Below are positions 49,746-60,403 of a stretch of 64,000 bases of DNA, one piece after another. Each line of letters opens with the position of its first letter. The stretch's first letter is position 1. Position numbers and translations under genes: made by a program. Below the pieces are notes generated by a model. That model worked only from the letters and a program-made list of their open reading frames with translations, made no database searches and was not told the origin of the DNA. This DNA comes from Leptolyngbyaceae cyanobacterium (GTDB lineage: Bacteria; Cyanobacteriota; Cyanobacteriia; Phormidesmidales; Phormidesmidaceae). The stretch covers positions 2,496,001 through 2,560,000 of the forward strand of contig CBDHHL010000032.1 of NCBI GenBank assembly GCA_965263355.1, given 5' to 3'.

Positions 49746-52358
49746 ATGATGACTCAAATACTTTCCTCCCGGATAACGGAGGTTACTGCCTACTTATTTG
49801 CTTACCAAAGATTAGTGCTAATGGGGGGAATTTCCTCATTAGGGTTGATCTTTGGAACCGCTGATGCGATCGCACAAGTAACTCCCGATGCGGCATTACC
49901 CATAGGAGAAAATACTACTGTTAACCTTAATGGAGGAACCTATGACATTAGCGGTGGTGCAACCCGAGGTAGTAATTTATTCCACAGCTTTGACTCATTT
50001 TCCCTGGGCACGGGTGAGGAGGCTTTTTTTAATCATGCACCAACCATTGATACAGTTTTAAGTCGGGTTACAGGCGGAAGCGCGTCCAATATTGACGGTA
50101 CGATTCGCACACCGATTAACAGTATCGCCGATCTGTTTTTTATCAATCCGCAGGGAATTGTTTTTGGTCCCAATGCCGCCCTTGACATTGGTGGCTCTTT
50201 TATTGCCAGCACTGCTACCCAATTGACCTTTGCAGATGGAACAACTTTCAATACGGCTAATCCTCAAACTACGACACTCACCATCAGTCGTCCCTCGGGG
50301 TTAATTTTAGGAGAAAAATCAGGCTCCATTGAGAATCAGTCAACTGTCGAGCTTTTCCCAGGTTTTCCTGTAGGTTTGGAGGTACTTTCAGGAGAATCAA
50401 TCATACTTGTGGGGAATGGCCTTAATATGACTGGCGGTAAGCTAACCGCTTTCTCAGGTCGAATTGACATAGCTAGCCTGGCACCAGAAAGTACTGTAAG
50501 CTTGTTGCCCGCAAATGGGGTTAACCAATCAGGTTGGATGTTGGATGATGAGACGTTAGAAGGGCTAGTTTTTCAAGATATCCAACTATCTAGTTCCTCT
50601 CGTACCAATAATTTGTTTTTTAATTCCTCTCTTATTGATACATCGGGCGATTTTATAGGCAATCCAAATGGGACTCTCCGATTGTGGGGGCGGCAGATAC
50701 TGTTGAGTGGAAGTAACCTGTTAAACAATAACTATGGCATTTCTCAGGGGGGAGATCTAACCATAGTCGCATCGGAAAGTTTACGTTTAAATGATCTTTC
50801 TTTAATCTCTACGGCTACAGCTAGTGATGGAGAGGCAGGCAACCTGATATTAGATGTTCCTGAAGGGATTGTTGAACTAAGTAATGATAGTCAATTATCT
50901 GCACAGTCAGGTTTATTTATTGGTAATGGGGCTACTGGAGCAGCCGGTACATTAACCATAAATACGACAAATCTGAGTGTTAAAACGGGTTCGGTTGTGA
51001 CAACTGGAGCATTAGATGATGCCCAAGGGGGAACACTGATTATTAATGCTCCTGACGGTTTTGTAGAAATTGTTGGTGTGTCCCAAAACAATAGCGGTAT
51101 TAGTTTTAGTAGATTAGTTAGTGCTGTCAACGGTACACAACCTGCCGGAGATATTCAAATCGATACAGGCGCGTTGTTAATTCAGGATGGCGGACAAATC
51201 ATATCTAGCACCTTTGGTAGAGGCAAAGGAGGAAACACAATTATTAATACCACCGAATCGGTTACAGTTACAGGGAATGTAGGAGGTGCTCCTAGCCAAA
51301 TTTCCTCATCTACAGGTGAGTTTGAAGTATCCGATCCCAACTTAATTACTGGAGATGCGGGTTCTGTAAACATTGTGACTGGACGCTTAGTGGTGCAAGA
51401 CGGAGGGACTATTTTTACGACCACCAATGGTCCCGGTCAGGGAGGGGCGTTAACAGTAAACGCAACTGAGATAATCTTAGACGGCAATGGCAATAATTTA
51501 ACTGGCCTATTTGCTCGTACTAGAGGGGCTGGCAATTCTGGAATTTTAGAGGTTGAGGCCGATAGCCTTCAAATCCGGGACAGTGCTCGGATCACGGTGA
51601 GTACCGATGACAATCTCCTTCCCACGGAGTTAGGTACTGTCCGTGATGCTACCATTAATGCGCGCACCATTACCCTGGACAATGGTCAAATCACTGCGGA
51701 GTCTCTCACGGGTGACGGGGGTAATCTTAACTTTATGGTGGACGACTATATTCTGCTACGCAACAACGGTCTAATTTCTGCCACGGCGGGCACGGCAGGG
51801 GCTGGAGGGGCGGGGGGCAATATCATTATTGATGCTGATTCAGGTATTGTTGTGGCGATCCCAGAAGAAGATAGCGATATCAGAGCCAATGCCTTTGAAG
51901 GACGAGGGGGAAATGTCATTATTACCGCTCAAGGTGTGTTGGGTCTAGAACGCCGAGAAGCGCCCACTCCCCTAAGTGACATTACAGCCAGTTCCGAATC
52001 AGGCATCAATGGCACGGTTGAGGTGAATACTCTGGCATTTATTCCCTCACCAGAACGGATTGTTTTGCCGTCAGACGTTATTGATTCTTCTCAATTGTTG
52101 GCTCAGGGGTGTGATCAATTGAGTGCTGGCTCAACCAGTCAGGGAGAGTTTTATATTTCGGGACGGGGGGGTGTGAGTCCGTTAACCTCTGGGATATTAG
52201 GCAGTGATGAGGTGATCGATGATCTACGCTTGCCTGAGACTTGGGACGGTTCTAGTTCGCTTACAGAGGCCCAGGGATGGTACAGAAGTGATGTGGATGA
52301 GATAGTGCTAACAGCTGTTCCGCTGCCTGAGGTGACTCGTAGTCGATGCCGCTCTTAG
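49746..52358 (+). CDS. Filamentous-haemagglutinin N-terminal (TPS) domain protein
   Basis: QVTPD, NLFHSF, NPQGI, beta-helix repeats, ANAFEGRGG, ISGRGG, EAQGW. Confidence 0.92.
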   Translation: MMTQILSSRITEVTAYLFAYQRLVLMGGISSLGLIFGTADAIAQVTPDAALPIGENTTVNLNGGTYDISGGATRGSNLFHSFDSFSLGTGEEAFFNHAPTIDTVLSRVTGGSASNIDGTIRTPINSIADLFFINPQGIVFGPNAALDIGGSFIASTATQLTFADGTTFNTANPQTTTLTISRPSGLILGEKSGSIENQSTVELFPGFPVGLEVLSGESIILVGNGLNMTGGKLTAFSGRIDIASLAPESTVSLLPANGVNQSGWMLDDETLEGLVFQDIQLSSSSRTNNLFFNSSLIDTSGDFIGNPNGTLRLWGRQILLSGSNLLNNNYGISQGGDLTIVASESLRLNDLSLISTATASDGEAGNLILDVPEGIVELSNDSQLSAQSGLFIGNGATGAAGTLTINTTNLSVKTGSVVTTGALDDAQGGTLIINAPDGFVEIVGVSQNNSGISFSRLVSAVNGTQPAGDIQIDTGALLIQDGGQIISSTFGRGKGGNTIINTTESVTVTGNVGGAPSQISSSTGEFEVSDPNLITGDAGSVNIVTGRLVVQDGGTIFTTTNGPGQGGALTVNATEIILDGNGNNLTGLFARTRGAGNSGILEVEADSLQIRDSARITVSTDDNLLPTELGTVRDATINARTITLDNGQITAESLTGDGGNLNFMVDDYILLRNNGLISATAGTAGAGGAGGNIIIDADSGIVVAIPEEDSDIRANAFEGRGGNVIITAQGVLGLERREAPTPLSDITASSESGINGTVEVNTLAFIPSPERIVLPSDVIDSSQLLAQGCDQLSAGSTSQGEFYISGRGGVSPLTSGILGSDEVIDDLRLPETWDGSSSLTEAQGWYRSDVDEIVLTAVPLPEVTRSRCRS

Positions 52359-52394
52359 GCGAGACCATAGGACAGTTTTGACGGGTATTTTAAT

Positions 52395-55022
52395 TTAGGA
52401 CCAATTGCCAATTAACATATAATTTGCCCAGACATAGGGGGTGGTATATCCATAGTCATTAATCAGAGACAACTGTGCCAGACGTACAGCTTCAGCAATG
52501 GGGGTATCTGGCTGGGAGAGGGCTTGATAAAAACGAATCATAAACTCTGTGTTGGGGGTATCTTGCGCTGTCCACAGGGTAGATAAAACGCTGCGGGTGC
52601 CTGTTCTGGCGGCTAGGCCAGCTAATCCTAAAACCGCTCGTTTATCACCTTGGGCTGTCTCACAGGCACTGAGTACCACTAACTCTAAGGGGTGTACGCC
52701 ACCTTGACTGCCTAACTGGATCAAACCATTCAAGTCCTGAGCTGAAATCTGTTCTTGGTAGGCGACTAAATAGGTTTCATCAGGGTCAGAGCTAAAGACG
52801 CCATGGGTTTTCCAATGAATGGCTGAAAAATCACCTGTTTCTAGCTGGGCTCGCAGATTGTCGCTGGTAAATGATTCGTTGAGCAGCACATTCTTACTGT
52901 CTACGTATTGGGCAATGCCATCTAGTTCTTCTTCTAGCTTAGCAATTGGGGAAAATCGGGTTGCTTTAATTTCTTGTGGTAGGCCAATGCCGCCCATCAA
53001 TACTTGCAACGATGGGGTGTCCGGCTGAGGAGTAAATAGTTGTAAGCGGGGGGCGATCGCAACCCCATATCCCTTTTCAATCAAATACTGCTCTCCATCA
53101 TGGAGCACCGCCATGGGAATATTTCGCAATGCCCCATCTGGAACAAATACCAATGTCTTAGCTGGGGTTTGAGCTAGTTCCTTTTCTAACGGACGAATCA
53201 ACCAGTCATAAACGGTTTGGGCATCTGCTATAACATCGGGTGTTTTACTGGGGTTAGTCAGACTGGATTGCAGTCTGGCCAGTGTCTTGTCCGCTATATC
53301 TTGAGGGATAAGAGATTCTCGGTATACGGTTGTCTCTGTGGCTCCGGGCAACTGAGCGATGACCGCGATGCGATCGCTTAAAATGATGGGATAAAGGATA
53401 GCAGTTTGGTCATCTTGCACCTGTTCTACTTGACTGGCATCCAGAGTACAGCCCAGATAGTTTTCTAATTCTGCCAGCTGTAGCTGATCAACAGTCTGAA
53501 TCGCCTTTTTTAACCCATTGGCATCCTGCTTCTGTTCTGACAGTAACAGCTTAATATACTGACGATAAACGGGCTCTACATTATCCCGAAAAGAAAACTG
53601 AACATCAGTATTGACGCTCAATAAGTTATTGCGCACCTGTTGTAAGCTCTCAATAGCTGCTTGATAGCTCTGAATTGCCCCCAGACGATCGTTCTGGTGT
53701 TGTCGAAGTCTGCCGAGTTGCCATTCCCAGCGATAGCGAATTTCAGGGGCTTGTATGGTTTCTAAGCTTAACAACGCCCGCTGAGTCAAAATCTGGGCAT
53801 CTGTCCATTGATTAGTCTGTTCATAGAGTGTGCCTAACTGTCCCAGGGCGTATGCTTCAGCCCGTTTATCCTTGAGGGTACGAGCCTGAGCAATCGCTGT
53901 TGATAACAGGTTGGCAATTTCTTCAGGCTGTAAGGCTATCGAGCTATTGTTTGTTTTCTCGGCGAGGGTTAATTCTGTCGATGATGACCGTGCTTTCATC
54001 AAACTCTCAGCCAGATGAATATAGCCATAGATAACCGTGCGACTGATGGGCAGTTGCGCAATCGCCTGCTTTACCTGGGGCAATGTTTCCATTGCTTGGG
54101 TGATCCGATTATGCTCAACCCGCAGTCGAAATAGATTTAACTGAGCCAGGGGCGCATTATTGATGTCAATGGCGCGTTGGTAAGCTGTCTGAGCTGATTG
54201 GATATACTGCTGAGTCTTGGCTTGACGACCAATGGCATCGAAGCGATTAGCCATGGCCCAGGCTGTATTGCCCAGTTCTAATAGGATATTGCTAGCTGTT
54301 TTGGGGTGGGTGGTGAGGGATAAACTCTCCTGGAGTACACGTTGAGCAGTTTCTAAGTCTCCGATTTGTCGTAGGGCACTACTTAAGCTGTATAACCCTG
54401 TTGCCTTGAGGTCATCATCGGGCTGTTGCTGAATGTGTTGATAGACAGCTTGCAAAACAGCTTTTGCTTGATGATTGAGCCCCAGATATTGTAACACTCG
54501 GGCTTGGTTGATGTTTGCGATCGCTACCCCCGCCAAATCGCCCGCTTGTCCGTAGAATTGTCCGGCTCTTTGCCAATCGCTCAGGGCTGCCTCAAAGTCA
54601 CTCTGCAGCCACCGGAGTTTGCCTTGGGCATTTAGCACCTTGGCATAAATCACAGTCTGGGTCGATGAATAGGTTGTAGAGTCGACTGCTTCAACTAACT
54701 GCAAGCTAGCTGTTAGACTTTGGCTTGCCTGATCAAGTTGCCCCAGTTCCTGTTGAGCTAATGACAGATAGCTTAAACTCAATGCCTGGCCCCAGTTATC
54801 CCCTTGACGCTCAAATTCTAGACTTGCCCGTCGCCATTGCTGAACAGCCTTCGAATATTGCTCAGTTTCGTAATAGCCTAAGCCCTGTTGCAGTAAACCC
54901 TGATGTGTTTCAGCTGCCAAAACTGTTAACGGGCTTATATCCCTAGAGGAAATATCAATGATTGTCGGCATTAATACAGTGAGTATAAAACTCATCAGCC
55001 CGATCAGTAACCATCGCAACAT
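52395..55022 (-). CDS. Exported TPR + CHAT protein
   Basis: N-terminal signal/TM, TPRs, YRWEWQLGR, HWKTHG and LSACETA, PYVWANY. Confidence 0.93.
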   Translation of the reverse strand: MLRWLLIGLMSFILTVLMPTIIDISSRDISPLTVLAAETHQGLLQQGLGYYETEQYSKAVQQWRRASLEFERQGDNWGQALSLSYLSLAQQELGQLDQASQSLTASLQLVEAVDSTTYSSTQTVIYAKVLNAQGKLRWLQSDFEAALSDWQRAGQFYGQAGDLAGVAIANINQARVLQYLGLNHQAKAVLQAVYQHIQQQPDDDLKATGLYSLSSALRQIGDLETAQRVLQESLSLTTHPKTASNILLELGNTAWAMANRFDAIGRQAKTQQYIQSAQTAYQRAIDINNAPLAQLNLFRLRVEHNRITQAMETLPQVKQAIAQLPISRTVIYGYIHLAESLMKARSSSTELTLAEKTNNSSIALQPEEIANLLSTAIAQARTLKDKRAEAYALGQLGTLYEQTNQWTDAQILTQRALLSLETIQAPEIRYRWEWQLGRLRQHQNDRLGAIQSYQAAIESLQQVRNNLLSVNTDVQFSFRDNVEPVYRQYIKLLLSEQKQDANGLKKAIQTVDQLQLAELENYLGCTLDASQVEQVQDDQTAILYPIILSDRIAVIAQLPGATETTVYRESLIPQDIADKTLARLQSSLTNPSKTPDVIADAQTVYDWLIRPLEKELAQTPAKTLVFVPDGALRNIPMAVLHDGEQYLIEKGYGVAIAPRLQLFTPQPDTPSLQVLMGGIGLPQEIKATRFSPIAKLEEELDGIAQYVDSKNVLLNESFTSDNLRAQLETGDFSAIHWKTHGVFSSDPDETYLVAYQEQISAQDLNGLIQLGSQGGVHPLELVVLSACETAQGDKRAVLGLAGLAARTGTRSVLSTLWTAQDTPNTEFMIRFYQALSQPDTPIAEAVRLAQLSLINDYGYTTPYVWANYMLIGNWS

Positions 55023-55034
55023 TGCTCTATTTCC

Positions 55035-58000
55035 TTACTCGTTCTGTCCACATCGTTCTTGTATGGCTACAGGTGAAGTCGTTAAAACAGCATCGCCTGT
55101 AGCACTCATAAACCAGCCTTGAGCCTCAGTTATAGGTCCATTGTCAGACCATGTTTCTGGTAGTCGTAGATCATCCACAATATCCTGAGGGTTGAGGATC
55201 TCCAGTAAAGCAACTCCCCCTCGACCCGATGTGTAAAAGGCACCTTGTGATCCAACTGTAGTTAGATCACATCCCTGGATGATTAGCTGCGAAGCGTTCA
55301 GTAAACCATCCGGTAACATCACTAACCCCTGGGCAGGATCGACACCCAGATTGTTAATCTCAACCGTACCACTCAGACCAAACTCCGAGCTGGCTGTAAT
55401 GTCACTTAAAGGAGTGAGTTTTGGCCTAGCTTCAATCCCTAAAGTACTTTGGGCATTGATATTTACATTGCCACCGCGTCCTTGAAATGCGTTTGCCGTA
55501 ATATCGCTGTTTTCTTCAGAAACAGCAACCACAAAACCTAATTCAGCAGCAATATTAATGTTTCCTCCATCTCCTAAACCCTGCTCTATGCCAGCATTAG
55601 TTGAAATTAAACTTCCTCTTCGTAAGAGTAATGCATCTTGGAGCTGTAGGAAAATGCTGCCTCCTCTGTTGCTAAATGTCTCGGCAGAAATAGACGCATT
55701 GTCAGCTAACGTCAGAAGATCTGTTTCCAACTCTATAATGCCACCAACACCACTTCCCCGACTATCAACTGCAATTGATGCACCATCACTAACCGTGATA
55801 ATTTTGGGATTAATGAGTGAATTGATAGAAATATTACCTCCATCGCCCCCTGCACCTCTCTCAGTATTGGCAAACAGTCCACTTTGTGCACCTGTTAGAC
55901 TGATCGAATCAGTGATATCCAGCGTTATATCTCCAGCATCTTCTGCCCCGGAAGTTGTAGTGCGAATTTGAGCACCGCCATTAACGGTAAGTGTATCAGC
56001 TAAAATTAGAACGGTTCCACCCATTCCATCGACAGTAGATGCGGAAATGCTAGCTCCATCTTGAACTGACAAATTAGGAGTAACGATTTTTGTGTTACCG
56101 GCATCGCCTGTTGCCTGTGCTTCAGTAAATAAGCCGCTAGAAGCACCTAACCCATCCAAAACAACTCCTGTTAGTAAAATTGACTCTGTTGCTTCTACGG
56201 TTAAATTTCCCCCACGGCCTGCCCCAAGGGTGGCAGACGAAATTTGTCCCCCCCTTTCTACGATTAGACGTTTAGTTGATATCTGGGTATTTCCGGCGTC
56301 TCCAGAGCCATTGGTCTGGGAAGACAGAACAGTACCAAACTGTCCAGAAGTGCCAGTCACCTGTATTAGGTCCGAGGCATTGATTGTTAATCTTCCTCCT
56401 GTTCCTTCATTCAAGGTTGCCGATGAAATCTGGCTGCCGTCCTGCATAATTAAGTGGCTTGTGTTGATTTCTAAGTCTCCAGCAGGGCCTGAGCCATCAG
56501 CTTGGGTTAAGATTCGACTACCTTGCTGAGTAATGGGAGAACTTCCTGAAAGTTGTAGTAAATTATCCACATTAATTGTTAACTTTCCACCTGCTCCTGA
56601 TGCAAGACTACCAGCACTGCCAGCCTGTACTTGAGCACCATTTTGGACCAAAAACATAGGCGTATTTATTTCGAGATCGCCTGCATTTCCTGCCCCTTCA
56701 GTTCGGGAAAATAAACCACTTCTACGCAGTTCATCTGTCGATGTACCAGTAAGCTGAATGGATTTTGATGCTGTGACAGTCAGTCTGCCAGCATTTCCTG
56801 GGCCAAAACTACCAGAACCAGCTTGTGCACCATTATTTATTAATAGACTAGGTGTGACAATAGACAGATCACCTGCTGCCCCGCTTCCTTGAGTAGAACT
56901 AAACAACCCGCTTGAGAAACGAGTATCGCTGCCTGTGCCGCTGAGTTGAACAGACTCTGAGGCATTGATATTTAAGGGACCACCTGTCCCCCCATCAAAG
57001 CCCGCAGATGAGATAAATCCGCCTGCTTGAACGAGTAATTCTCCAGTGGTAATGCTAATGCTGCCAGCTGTTCCAGTGCTACTGTCTGCTATACTAAGCA
57101 AGCCGCTGCCAAATCCCCCCAAGGATTCTCCGACAATTTGCACTGAGTCGGAGGCCTCTATGAGTAGTTCTCCCCCGGAACCTTCACCAAATGTTGCTGT
57201 TGAAATCTGTCCTCCATCCTGAATAATCACGTCTGGTGCAACAATCACTAGGTTTCCTGAATTTCCAGAGCCAAATGTTTGCGAAAAAACTCCACTTCCA
57301 AATAGTCCACTGGGGGTAGTACCAGTCAACCGAAAAGACTCGGAGGCTGTTATTATTACATTTTCACCAGGCGTTGGGCCAAAATTGAGCGCTTGAATCA
57401 GGGAGCCGTCCTGCATTTGAATGGATTGCCCCCACATTTTCACCGCTCCGCTGCGAAACCCATAGGTATTTAGGATAGCCCCTTCTTCAAGGGAGATATT
57501 AGCAGGCGATATACTGTCAGGAACATTTAAATTTAGGCGCTCATTATTACTAATAAGATCGACATTTCCAGCTCCGGAAATGCTAACTAAATCTATCTGC
57601 CCTTCCAGGGCATTGAGTCTTCCCCCAATGAGAGAAATATCTCTACCCAACAATAATAAACTTTCTCCATCTGGAACTCTGAGTCCTGATAGGGCCGCTC
57701 CAAAAGGATCAAATCCAGCCGGCGCAATAGACTGACTATCTATTGCGCCGTTAGACGCACTAGTAAAGAAAAACGCGGTAGGATCAATAGAAAGCAATGA
57801 CGATGACTGAGGTTCAGATGCACTAAATACGGCTTGATCACCGAATCGGATTGCATTAGCTGTGCTAGCAATAAATGAACCGCCAATGTCGAGTTGAGCG
57901 TTGGGACCAAAGATAATACCGTTGGGGTTAAGAAGAAAGAAATCGGCAGTGCCATTGGCTCGAATAAATCCATCGATATCGGAAATAGAATCGCCTGTCA

Positions 58001-58307
58001 CACGACTAAAAATAGTCTCAACTGGGTCTGGGTTGTTGAAAATAGCTTCACCGCCTGTCGGCACTGAAAATTCTGTGAAGCTATGGAATAAGTTATTGCC
58101 TTGTTGGGTGCCGCCTTCAATAGTACAAACAGTACAGCCAGCTTGGGTATCAGAGGGACTTGGCAACGTATTGTCTGGGATAATTTGGCCCAGGGCAGGA
58201 GGGGTTAACTGACAAATCAACATTGGTGAGATTGCAAGGTTCCCACCAACAATGGCACCGATCACAAATCGACCTGTTTGTTCAATACCTTGACCGACTT
58301 TTTTCAT
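55035..58307 (-). CDS. Filamentous-haemagglutinin N-terminal (TPS) domain protein
   Basis: QIIPD, NLFHSF, NPNGI, many (S/T)xGxGxAG repeats, TSGRGG, EAQGW; ends 12 bp before the CHAT start. Confidence 0.92.
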   Translation of the reverse strand: MKKVGQGIEQTGRFVIGAIVGGNLAISPMLICQLTPPALGQIIPDNTLPSPSDTQAGCTVCTIEGGTQQGNNLFHSFTEFSVPTGGEAIFNNPDPVETIFSRVTGDSISDIDGFIRANGTADFFLLNPNGIIFGPNAQLDIGGSFIASTANAIRFGDQAVFSASEPQSSSLLSIDPTAFFFTSASNGAIDSQSIAPAGFDPFGAALSGLRVPDGESLLLLGRDISLIGGRLNALEGQIDLVSISGAGNVDLISNNERLNLNVPDSISPANISLEEGAILNTYGFRSGAVKMWGQSIQMQDGSLIQALNFGPTPGENVIITASESFRLTGTTPSGLFGSGVFSQTFGSGNSGNLVIVAPDVIIQDGGQISTATFGEGSGGELLIEASDSVQIVGESLGGFGSGLLSIADSSTGTAGSISITTGELLVQAGGFISSAGFDGGTGGPLNINASESVQLSGTGSDTRFSSGLFSSTQGSGAAGDLSIVTPSLLINNGAQAGSGSFGPGNAGRLTVTASKSIQLTGTSTDELRRSGLFSRTEGAGNAGDLEINTPMFLVQNGAQVQAGSAGSLASGAGGKLTINVDNLLQLSGSSPITQQGSRILTQADGSGPAGDLEINTSHLIMQDGSQISSATLNEGTGGRLTINASDLIQVTGTSGQFGTVLSSQTNGSGDAGNTQISTKRLIVERGGQISSATLGAGRGGNLTVEATESILLTGVVLDGLGASSGLFTEAQATGDAGNTKIVTPNLSVQDGASISASTVDGMGGTVLILADTLTVNGGAQIRTTTSGAEDAGDITLDITDSISLTGAQSGLFANTERGAGGDGGNISINSLINPKIITVSDGASIAVDSRGSGVGGIIELETDLLTLADNASISAETFSNRGGSIFLQLQDALLLRRGSLISTNAGIEQGLGDGGNINIAAELGFVVAVSEENSDITANAFQGRGGNVNINAQSTLGIEARPKLTPLSDITASSEFGLSGTVEINNLGVDPAQGLVMLPDGLLNASQLIIQGCDLTTVGSQGAFYTSGRGGVALLEILNPQDIVDDLRLPETWSDNGPITEAQGWFMSATGDAVLTTSPVAIQERCGQNE

Positions 58308-58456
58308 ACTATCCCTGATTTGTCAATAAAGTGCGTTTAATAGCTATCTACCTATCTATAGGATTTGCTAATTTGCATAGTTTTTAGGGTAGCAAATCCT
58401 GGCTGGCAGCCATTGTTGTTAGAGATACTACGATGTAGGCTTTAAAGCTTAGAAAA

Positions 58457-58494
58457 GGGTATTTCCAGTAATAAAGCAATTACTAGAAATACCC
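58457..58494 (-). terminator. Hairpin downstream of the RTX gene
   Basis: GGGTATTTCCAGTAAT-loop-ATTACTAGAAATACCC, followed by TTTT on the minus strand. Confidence 0.6.
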
Positions 58495-58534
58495 TGATGA
58501 ACTGACTGGGAGTTCAACTCTGGTGCAGTGAATA

Positions 58535-59854
58535 CTAGCTCACTGCAATATCAGTATGGGATAGGGTAGGTGACCCTGACAAAATTGCCACCTGTACTTG
58601 CTGTTGACCACCCACTCCATCTGCATCAAAGAATAAGGCACCTGAGGTATTATCGTAAATCAGACGATGGTCAGCTGTCGAAGCACTAGACCCCAGGGTA
58701 AATTCATTGGCACGCAGTGTTCCCCGAGATATGCCGAAACCCGTGGCATAGAGTAAAATCTTATCGCCAGCCTGGGCATCAAAGTCTTGAAAGGTGTCGA
58801 TACCACTGAGGGGGCTAGTTAACGTGAAGTTATCGCCATCAGCTCCCCCGATCAAAGTATCGTTACCGGCATGACCTACTAAACTGTCAGTACCTACTCC
58901 TCCCATCAACGTATCATCACCATCATAACCTTTAATAACGTCGTTTCCATCATGTCCTTCTATATAGTTATCAACTGAATTACCGTAAATTCTGTTACTT
59001 AGATTATTGCCAATGCCTTTTTGGGCAGTATCTCGCAGCTGTAGAAACTCAACATGGGCCGACATCTGATGGTCTACATGGGCAACGACCGTATCATATC
59101 CCTCATTCGCTAGTTCAATAACTTGGTCATTTACACTGTCAACAACATAGGTGTCGTCCCCTTTGCCACCCACCATGTAATCATTACCAGTGCCACCATT
59201 TAAACCATCGGCACCCTCACCTCCAATAAGAGTATCGTTACCGCCGTACCCTAACAGAGCATCATTACCGTCTCCGCCAGACAGGTCATTTTGGTTGTTA
59301 TTGCCAATGATACGATTGTTTAGATCATTGCCAGTCCCATTCTTTGCTGCATCTCGAAGTTGTAGATCCTCAACATGGGAGGGGAGAATATAGTCGATAT
59401 AAGAAACTACAGTATCTTTTCCCGCATTTGCCGATTCAATAACCCGATCGCCCACATGGTCAACATAATAGGTATCGTCGCCCTGACCTCCTCCCATTGC
59501 ATCCTGGCCAGTCCCTCCATTTAGGTGGTCGTTACCTGCGCCCCCATAAAGATTATCATTATCTTCTCCTCCGGACAGGATATCATCGCCATCTTCACCC
59601 CATAGGCGATCACGTCCCTTACCACCATACAGAGTATCATTGTCATCACCGCCCCAAAGCTGATCAGTACCATCAAGACCATATAAGAGATCGTTGCCAT
59701 CTCCCCCATATAGTTCATCACCTAAAATACTTTTTGATCCCCCAGTTAACGTATCGTTACCACCAAGGCCATAAATAAGATACTTTTGCACTGGTGCTAG
59801 GTCAGGGGCTTTAAGATCATCATCATTGGGGGTACCAGGGATGGTAATAGTCAT
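58535..59854 (-). CDS. RTX / hemolysin-type calcium-binding repeat protein
   Basis: Many GGxGxDxL nonamers, D.VIE.AN.G.DTV modules, C-terminal [13 protein letters not shown]; no N-terminal signal (type I secretion-like). Confidence 0.92.
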   Translation of the reverse strand: MTITIPGTPNDDDLKAPDLAPVQKYLIYGLGGNDTLTGGSKSILGDELYGGDGNDLLYGLDGTDQLWGGDDNDTLYGGKGRDRLWGEDGDDILSGGEDNDNLYGGAGNDHLNGGTGQDAMGGGQGDDTYYVDHVGDRVIESANAGKDTVVSYIDYILPSHVEDLQLRDAAKNGTGNDLNNRIIGNNNQNDLSGGDGNDALLGYGGNDTLIGGEGADGLNGGTGNDYMVGGKGDDTYVVDSVNDQVIELANEGYDTVVAHVDHQMSAHVEFLQLRDTAQKGIGNNLSNRIYGNSVDNYIEGHDGNDVIKGYDGDDTLMGGVGTDSLVGHAGNDTLIGGADGDNFTLTSPLSGIDTFQDFDAQAGDKILLYATGFGISRGTLRANEFTLGSSASTADHRLIYDNTSGALFFDADGVGGQQQVQVAILSGSPTLSHTDIAVS

Positions 59855-59932
59855 GGTTAATTCTCCAGGTATCGATTTCAGAGCGATATTTACAGCTTGC
59901 TGAGAGTTTGTTTACTGTAAACAGTTGAAGGG

Positions 59933-59984
59933 TCTCAAAAAAATCAGTAGGTAAATCTGCAAGGGTATAAATCTTGTTACAAAT
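59933..59984 (-). promoter_or_regulatory. Shared upstream motif, copy 2
   Basis: Minus strand TGTAAC-aagatttataccct-TGCAGATT-taccta-CTGATTTTTTTGAGA. Confidence 0.65.
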
Positions 59985-60350
59985 GTCTGTTGTTGTCTAG
60001 GGTAAAAGACATCTGCAACTATGGCATCGTGCCTATAATGAAAGGCTTTTCTATGAGACAAAATAGCTATTGTCGAAACCATAAATTTGATTTTTAACAG
60101 ACCCTAAGTTAGCTTTCTTATAAGTTAAATCGCCTTTGAAAAAAAGCAACTTTTTTAGCCGCTCACAGTTTTGTGCAACAAAGTTTGCCTCGTCTGCTAA
60201 TAACTGTTTTGTATTACTCAGCAGATCTGCCAAATGGTTAAAGGGATAAATCTGCACATAGTGAGGAGAGAGACAATGACTTGGACGGCCCATGGGAATA
60301 GAAATTGACCATGATAGAATCTCATCATAATCAAATTCTCACAAATTGCG

Positions 60351-60375
60351 TGGTTCCCCTTTGTCAGGGGAACCA
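60351..60375 (-). terminator. Hairpin downstream of the propeller gene
   Basis: TGGTTCCCCT-ttgtc-AGGGGAACCA perfect 10-bp stem. Confidence 0.55.
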
Positions 60376-60403
60376 TCAGGGATAAGAACATTTATGCTCC
60401 TAT

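Noticed and set aside
32631..55022. CHAT proteins as CRISPR-associated (Craspase-type) or anti-phage caspases
   Set aside because: Both have export signals, and no Cas, gasdermin or other defence genes are nearby.
55279..58212. Antisense ORFs of 68-145 aa inside the FHA gene (and similar shadows elsewhere, e.g. 10717-11295, 21754-22194)
   Set aside because: They are reverse-frame shadows of Gly/Ser-rich or otherwise long real genes, with no motifs of their own.
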